Assembly: GCA_963725665.1 (NCBI GenBank)
Contig: CAVRZA010000001.1
Location: 128,001-192,000, forward strand
Direction: 5' to 3'
DNA: 64,000 nt
Source: an uncultured Actinomycetes bacterium
GTDB taxonomy: Bacteria; Actinomycetota; Thermoleophilia; UBA2241
This document shows positions 57,961-64,000 of this stretch, piece after piece; positions within the stretch are counted from its first letter, which is position 1; every line of letters begins with the position of its first letter. Made by a program: the position numbers and the translations under genes. The notes below the pieces were generated by a model. It was not told where the DNA came from. It saw only the letters and a program-made list of their open reading frames with translations, and ran no database searches.

Positions 57961-57965
57961 AGTGT

Positions 57966-59279
57966 CTACCAGAGGGTCATCGATTCCAGGAACAGCCGGC
58001 GCAGATCGTCGGCGCTGGCGGGGCGCGGCGAGAGCTTGGTGACGGTGTGCTGGGGTAGGGTGCCGGCCACGAGCTGGTCGAGGTGCTGAGGGCCGTAGCC
58101 CACGGCCGCCAGGCCGTTCGGCAGGCCGGCCCTCCTCATCAGCGCGATGAGGGCGTCTGCCAGCAGGTCGCCGACCTCGCCCGCGGTGGCCTCGGCTGCG
58201 TTGAGACCCATGAGGCCGGCCGCGTTGCGGTGGCGCTCCGGATCGGCCGTCGCCGTGAAGCGGAAGACGGCCGGAGCGTTGAGCGCCACCGACATCCCGT
58301 GCGGGATGAGGGGATGCGACGGCGGATACCCTTCGGCGACGAAGTCGTACGCCATGCCGGAGACCGGGTACGACATGGCGTGCGCCAGATGGGTGCCGGC
58401 GTTGCCGAAACCGATGCCGGCGAAGGTCGCGGCCAGCAACATGGCGCCGCGAGCTTCCTCGTCAGCGCCGTCGTCGAGCACCCGGCCGAGATTGCCGGCA
58501 GCCATCTGGACGGCGCGCGAGGCCCAGATGTCGCTGATGGGGTTCGCGCCCTGGTACGCCGGCCGCTCTCCCGGGTCTCCCGGTGCCGGCCGGCGAGTGT
58601 ACGGCAACGCAGTGAGCGACTCGAGCGCGTGGCAGAGTACGTCGAGGCCGCTGCACGCCGCCACCATCTTCGGCAAGCCGCGCGTGTTGAAGGGGTCGAT
58701 GATGCCCAGCGCCGGGCGCGCGGCGCGCTGCCGTATGGCGGTCTTGGCGTGCAGCGCCGGCAGATCGAAGACGATCACCCCCGTCGTCTCGCTCCCTGTC
58801 CCGGCCGTGGTGGGGATGGCGATCAGGGGAGCCATTCTGCCGGGCACTGGGCGCCCCTCGCCTATCGGCGGGTTCACGTAGGCGAGGAAGTCCGCCGGGC
58901 AGGAGGCGTACAGGTCGGCCGCCTTGGCGGTATCGATGCTCGACCCGCCGCCGACGGCCACGTAACCGTCGAAGTGGCCGTCGACGGCGAACCGAACGGC
59001 CTCCTTCAGGGAGGAGTCGGTCGGCTCGACGCGCGCCCGGTCGAACAAGACGGCGTCGACGCCGGACTGCCGCAAGGCGTCGAGGGTCACGACGACGGGC
59101 TCGCTGTCCGCCAGGTATGGGTCGGTCACGACCATGACGCGGCGTCCGCCCATCTGGCGCATGTCGTGCCCCACCTCACGGGTCACGCCCGGCCCGAACT
59201 TGATGCTGGAGGTGTCCATGGAGAACGCTGTCTCGAACGCCAAGCCCGACCCTTCCCCACGCCTATCGATAACGTTCAT
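57966..59279 (-). CDS. Hydroxyacid-oxoacid transhydrogenase (Fe-ADH family)
   Basis: VEPTDSS, GGGSSIDTAK, PTTAGTGSETT, RPAYQGANPISD, GTHLAHAMSYPV, PHGMSV. Confidence 0.92.
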   Translation of the reverse strand: MNVIDRRGEGSGLAFETAFSMDTSSIKFGPGVTREVGHDMRQMGGRRVMVVTDPYLADSEPVVVTLDALRQSGVDAVLFDRARVEPTDSSLKEAVRFAVDGHFDGYVAVGGGSSIDTAKAADLYASCPADFLAYVNPPIGEGRPVPGRMAPLIAIPTTAGTGSETTGVIVFDLPALHAKTAIRQRAARPALGIIDPFNTRGLPKMVAACSGLDVLCHALESLTALPYTRRPAPGDPGERPAYQGANPISDIWASRAVQMAAGNLGRVLDDGADEEARGAMLLAATFAGIGFGNAGTHLAHAMSYPVSGMAYDFVAEGYPPSHPLIPHGMSVALNAPAVFRFTATADPERHRNAAGLMGLNAAEATAGEVGDLLADALIALMRRAGLPNGLAAVGYGPQHLDQLVAGTLPQHTVTKLSPRPASADDLRRLFLESMTLW

Positions 59280-59713
59280 CCGCAGACTAGCACCTCGCGA
59301 CGCGTCTGCGGTCTTCGAACACGCTGGGCCGCGATGGGGGAATGGCGTGCGCAGGGCATGCGGCACAACGAGGCGGCGATGTGAGCTCGGCGTCGCGGGG
59401 AACGGCCGAGCTCAGCTCGAGACTTGTCACGCGGCCCGGCGGGGATCAGGGGTTCGGCTTCCCCGGTCACGTGGCAACGCGCGGCGAGTGTTGTTTCCTG
59501 CACGTTTGGCGGCTAAAGTGTGCAGAAGCGGGCAGGTCGACGAACGGCGAGATCGACCGGGGCGGCGTTTCACGGGGGAATCGTGGGTTCCCAGACGCTC
59601 CATCGCTCATCGTCGGTGGCCGGAGCCACGCCGGTGGTGGCTTCCCGAACAAGCGCGCAGAGGGTGCGCGACTCACCGCCGGCTCGAGACGATCGCGATG
59701 ACGAAGTGAGCGG

Positions 59714-60733
59714 GTGATGAACAGGGCGGTCAGCCTGGTACGGCGCGCGACGGTCGTCGCGGTGATCGCAGTCGCGCTTGTGGCGGCGGGCTGCGCGGGC
59801 TCGAACGAGCCCGCGCAGCCCGCCTCGGCTTCGCCCGCCGCCTCGGTCTCGCCCGCCGCCACGTCCGCCTGGGACCAGGTCGACGACTTCCTCTACCAGC
59901 TCCAGAACATCGACCTGGCCAAGGTCGGGCGCACCAAGTTCGACCTGGTCATCACCGACTACTCCGAGAACGGGCACGAGAAGACACGCTTCACCGCCCA
60001 GCAGATCGACGCCCTCAAGCACAGCCCGGGCGGCCCCAAGTTGGTCCTCGCCTACATGAGCATCGGCGAGGCCGAGACATACCGCTGGTACTGGAAGAAG
60101 AGCTGGGACGCGAACCTCGACGGCAAGCCCGACGCAGGGGCTCCCTCCTGGCTCGGGACCAGCAACCCGGACTGGCTCGACAACTACAAGGTGCGCTTCT
60201 GGGACCCGCGTTGGCAGCGCATCATCTACGGCTCGCCGAACAGCTACCTCGACAAGATCCTGGCCGACGGCTACGACGGCGTCTACCTCGACATCATCGA
60301 CGCCTACTGGTACTGGAGCCCGCAGGGCGAGGGCAAGCCGGTGCGCAAGACCGCCGCGCGCGACATGGTGGAGTTCGTCAAGGCTCTCGCCCACTACGCC
60401 CGTGTCGTAAAGGGTCGGCCCGACTTCGGCATCTTCCCCCAGAACGCCGCCGAGCTCGGCAAGTACCCGGATTACATGGCGGTGGTGACGGGCCTCGGCC
60501 AGGAGGACACCTGGTACAACGACAACGCTAAGTCGCCGTGGACGGCCGAGACGGTGCCGTGGCTCGAGCGCTTCGTGAGCGCCGGCAAGCTGGTGCTCTG
60601 CACCGACTATTGCCGGCGCCCGGAGCTGATCGACGACTTCTACGCCAAGGCGCAGGCGATCGGCGCCGTGCCCTACGCCGCCCGCCGCGACCTCGACAAG
60701 ATGACGATCAACCCCGGGCACCAGCCGGACTAA
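59714..60733 (+). CDS. MJ1477/TM1410 (GH114-like) glycoside hydrolase lipoprotein
   Basis: Lipobox AAGC; YQLQN, AYMSIGEAETYRWYW, GYDGVYLDIIDAY, PQNAAEL. Confidence 0.88.
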   Translation: MMNRAVSLVRRATVVAVIAVALVAAGCAGSNEPAQPASASPAASVSPAATSAWDQVDDFLYQLQNIDLAKVGRTKFDLVITDYSENGHEKTRFTAQQIDALKHSPGGPKLVLAYMSIGEAETYRWYWKKSWDANLDGKPDAGAPSWLGTSNPDWLDNYKVRFWDPRWQRIIYGSPNSYLDKILADGYDGVYLDIIDAYWYWSPQGEGKPVRKTAARDMVEFVKALAHYARVVKGRPDFGIFPQNAAELGKYPDYMAVVTGLGQEDTWYNDNAKSPWTAETVPWLERFVSAGKLVLCTDYCRRPELIDDFYAKAQAIGAVPYAARRDLDKMTINPGHQPD

Positions 60734-61014
60734 GGCGGGAGATAGTTCGGGCCTGGGCAGCTTGCTCAACGCGCATGGCGCGCGCGACGTGTCGCGCGAG
60801 ACGCCCCCGCATATCGGTGCGCGGACATCGGTCGAGTGAAGCTACTGCCACGAAGCGACGACGGTGTCGACGCGAGCGAAGACCGTTGCCACCTGCGAGA
60901 ATGACGGTCATGGTCTTGCTGAGGCGGCCGCAAGCGGTCAAGGTGATGGGGACGCCGGTGCGCCTGCGATGGACCAGCAGCCATGGGCGAACCCGCTGAG
61001 GAGACGAGGCAGAC

Positions 61015-62700
<1,686 letters not shown>

Positions 62701-62772
62701 CGACGACGGCAGGCTGAGCTAGCGCCCACTTGACCAGACTGACGGCGCGGCAACAAAGATCGCCGCGTGGTC

Positions 62773-63435
62773 CTACGCGCTGCGCTGCGCTCTGACCTTG
62801 GTGACGAGGTCCTCGACCAGGCGTACAGCGCCGACCGCGTCCGGCGAGTAGCCGTCCGCTCCATACTCCGTGGCGAGCTTCTCTCTCACCGGAGCGCCGC
62901 CGACGATGACCGCCGCGGGGACTCCGGCCTGCTGGGCCAGCTCCACCAGGTCCTTGAGCAACGGCATGGTGCTCGAGAGCAAGGCAGAGGCGGCGATGAT
63001 CTCGGCCTGCGTCTCGCGCTGCTTGTCGACGAACGCCTGCAGCGGCACGTCGATGCCCAGGTCGATCACCTCGAACCCGGCCACCTCGAGCATCAGCTTC
63101 ACGACGTTCTTGCCGATCTCGTGGATGTCGCCCTTGACGGTGCCGAGGACCACCAGGCCGCGCGTCGTGCTCTGCTCGCGGGTCAGGTAGGGTCTCACGA
63201 CCTCGATCGCCTTGGTGAAGATGTCGGCGGAGACGAGCAGCTCGGGCAGGAAGAACTCGCCGCGCTCGAAGCGCTCGCCGGCCTCGGTGATCGCCGGTGT
63301 GAGGCCCGCCTCGATCACCTCCGGTGGCGGCGTGCCGCCGTCGAGCGCCTTTTGCGTGATATCGAGGACCGTCGCCTCGTCGAGATCGAGGAGGGCGGCC
63401 CTAAGCTGACTGTAGCTCTCGGTGCTGCTAGACAT
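62773..63435 (-). CDS. Corrinoid (B12-binding) protein
   Basis: GEFFLPEL, GTVKGDIHEIGKN, SALLSSTM, GADGYSPDA. Confidence 0.94.
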   Translation of the reverse strand: MSSSTESYSQLRAALLDLDEATVLDITQKALDGGTPPPEVIEAGLTPAITEAGERFERGEFFLPELLVSADIFTKAIEVVRPYLTREQSTTRGLVVLGTVKGDIHEIGKNVVKLMLEVAGFEVIDLGIDVPLQAFVDKQRETQAEIIAASALLSSTMPLLKDLVELAQQAGVPAAVIVGGAPVREKLATEYGADGYSPDAVGAVRLVEDLVTKVRAQRSA

Positions 63436-63454
63436 ACCTGTCCCTTCCTGGTCT

Positions 63455-64000
63455 TCAGCGGGCGAGGCTGCGCGTTGACGAAAGTCGCCGCGGCTCGGTC
63501 TTCATGCCGGCGGCCTCCTTGGAGGCGTCGACCATCGCGACGGCGTTGATGAACGAACCGTTCTGCGGGAACTCACAGCCGGGGCCGAGGATGAACCCGG
63601 TGGGGCCCAAGTCGGCGATCATCTGCTTGCTCTCGGCGACCACCTGGTCGTAGGTGCGCTGCGTCCCCAGCGGCGTGGGCTCCCAGACGCCGTTCAGGCA
63701 GACGCTGCCGTACTTGGCCTTGAACTCGCGCCAATCCGTCGTGCCCTTGGGGAGGCTCCAGAGGCAGTACGCGTCGAAGTCCCCCAGCGCGAAGGCGGCG
63801 TCCACGTAGGGGTTGGGGTCGCAGTCGTGCACCAACAGGTAGGCGCCCTTCTCGCGGATCGCGCGGTGCAGCCGCCGCAGGCAGTCGCCCTCGAGGTCGA
63901 GCCACATCTTCTCACTCATCAGGGAGGCGTTGCCGTAATCGTGGCAGAGCATGATCCAGCGCACGCCGTGGTCGATGACCTGGCGGCAGAACTCGATCTC
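63455..64000 (-). CDS. Uroporphyrinogen decarboxylase / MtaA-like methyltransferase (C-terminal part; start outside window)
   Basis: LLVHDC (HxC Zn motif), GFILGPGCEFP, N.VAMVDA; lies directly upstream of a corrinoid protein gene. Confidence 0.8.
   Translation of the reverse strand, partial: EIEFCRQVIDHGVRWIMLCHDYGNASLMSEKMWLDLEGDCLRRLHRAIREKGAYLLVHDCDPNPYVDAAFALGDFDAYCLWSLPKGTTDWREFKAKYGSVCLNGVWEPTPLGTQRTYDQVVAESKQMIADLGPTGFILGPGCEFPQNGSFINAVAMVDASKEAAGMKTEPRRLSSTRSLAR

Noticed and set aside
60865-61010. Riboswitch or attenuator upstream of hutU
   Set aside because: Some hairpin potential, but I recognise no Rfam consensus or His-rich leader; an Infernal search would be needed.

Overview
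High-GC bacterial window, probably from an anaerobic actinomycete such as Thermoleophilia. That assignment is inferred from gene content and codon style, not proven. Bases 1-45,000 are an accessory catabolic region. It holds three complete Opp/Dpp-type ABC cassettes plus a partial fourth binding protein, three non-pyrrolysine MttB-family corrinoid methyltransferases with a corrinoid protein, a CocE/NonD hydrolase, an FAD oxidoreductase, an amidohydrolase, a phosphotriesterase homolog and several PLP enzymes. The ORF track does not show the mobile architecture. There are three direct-repeat 3'-halves of a tRNA-Ala(TGC) at 16493, 28248 and 28408. Two of them are preceded by homologous ~130-bp arms carrying exactly 10-bp-phased repeats, and a tyrosine-integrase C-terminal remnant lies at 28693-28800. 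This looks like a decayed tandem array of tRNA-Ala-targeting islands with catabolic cargo. Degenerate copies of pieces of local genes recur at cassette junctions (11499-11675, 26582-26751, 44682-45025). Several genes are truncated or internally deleted: a papain-like protease-lectin next to a chagasin inhibitor, a heme-less cytochrome c, and an agmatinase/LivF junction. There are six single-base frameshifts and a ~63-nt low-GC in-frame insertion in a GerMN/Gmad2 gene. Bases 45,000-64,000 are more core-like: typA, a liv operon, HOT, GH114-like, hutU and a second corrinoid/MtaA-like pair. No CRISPR array, rRNA or intact tRNA was seen.
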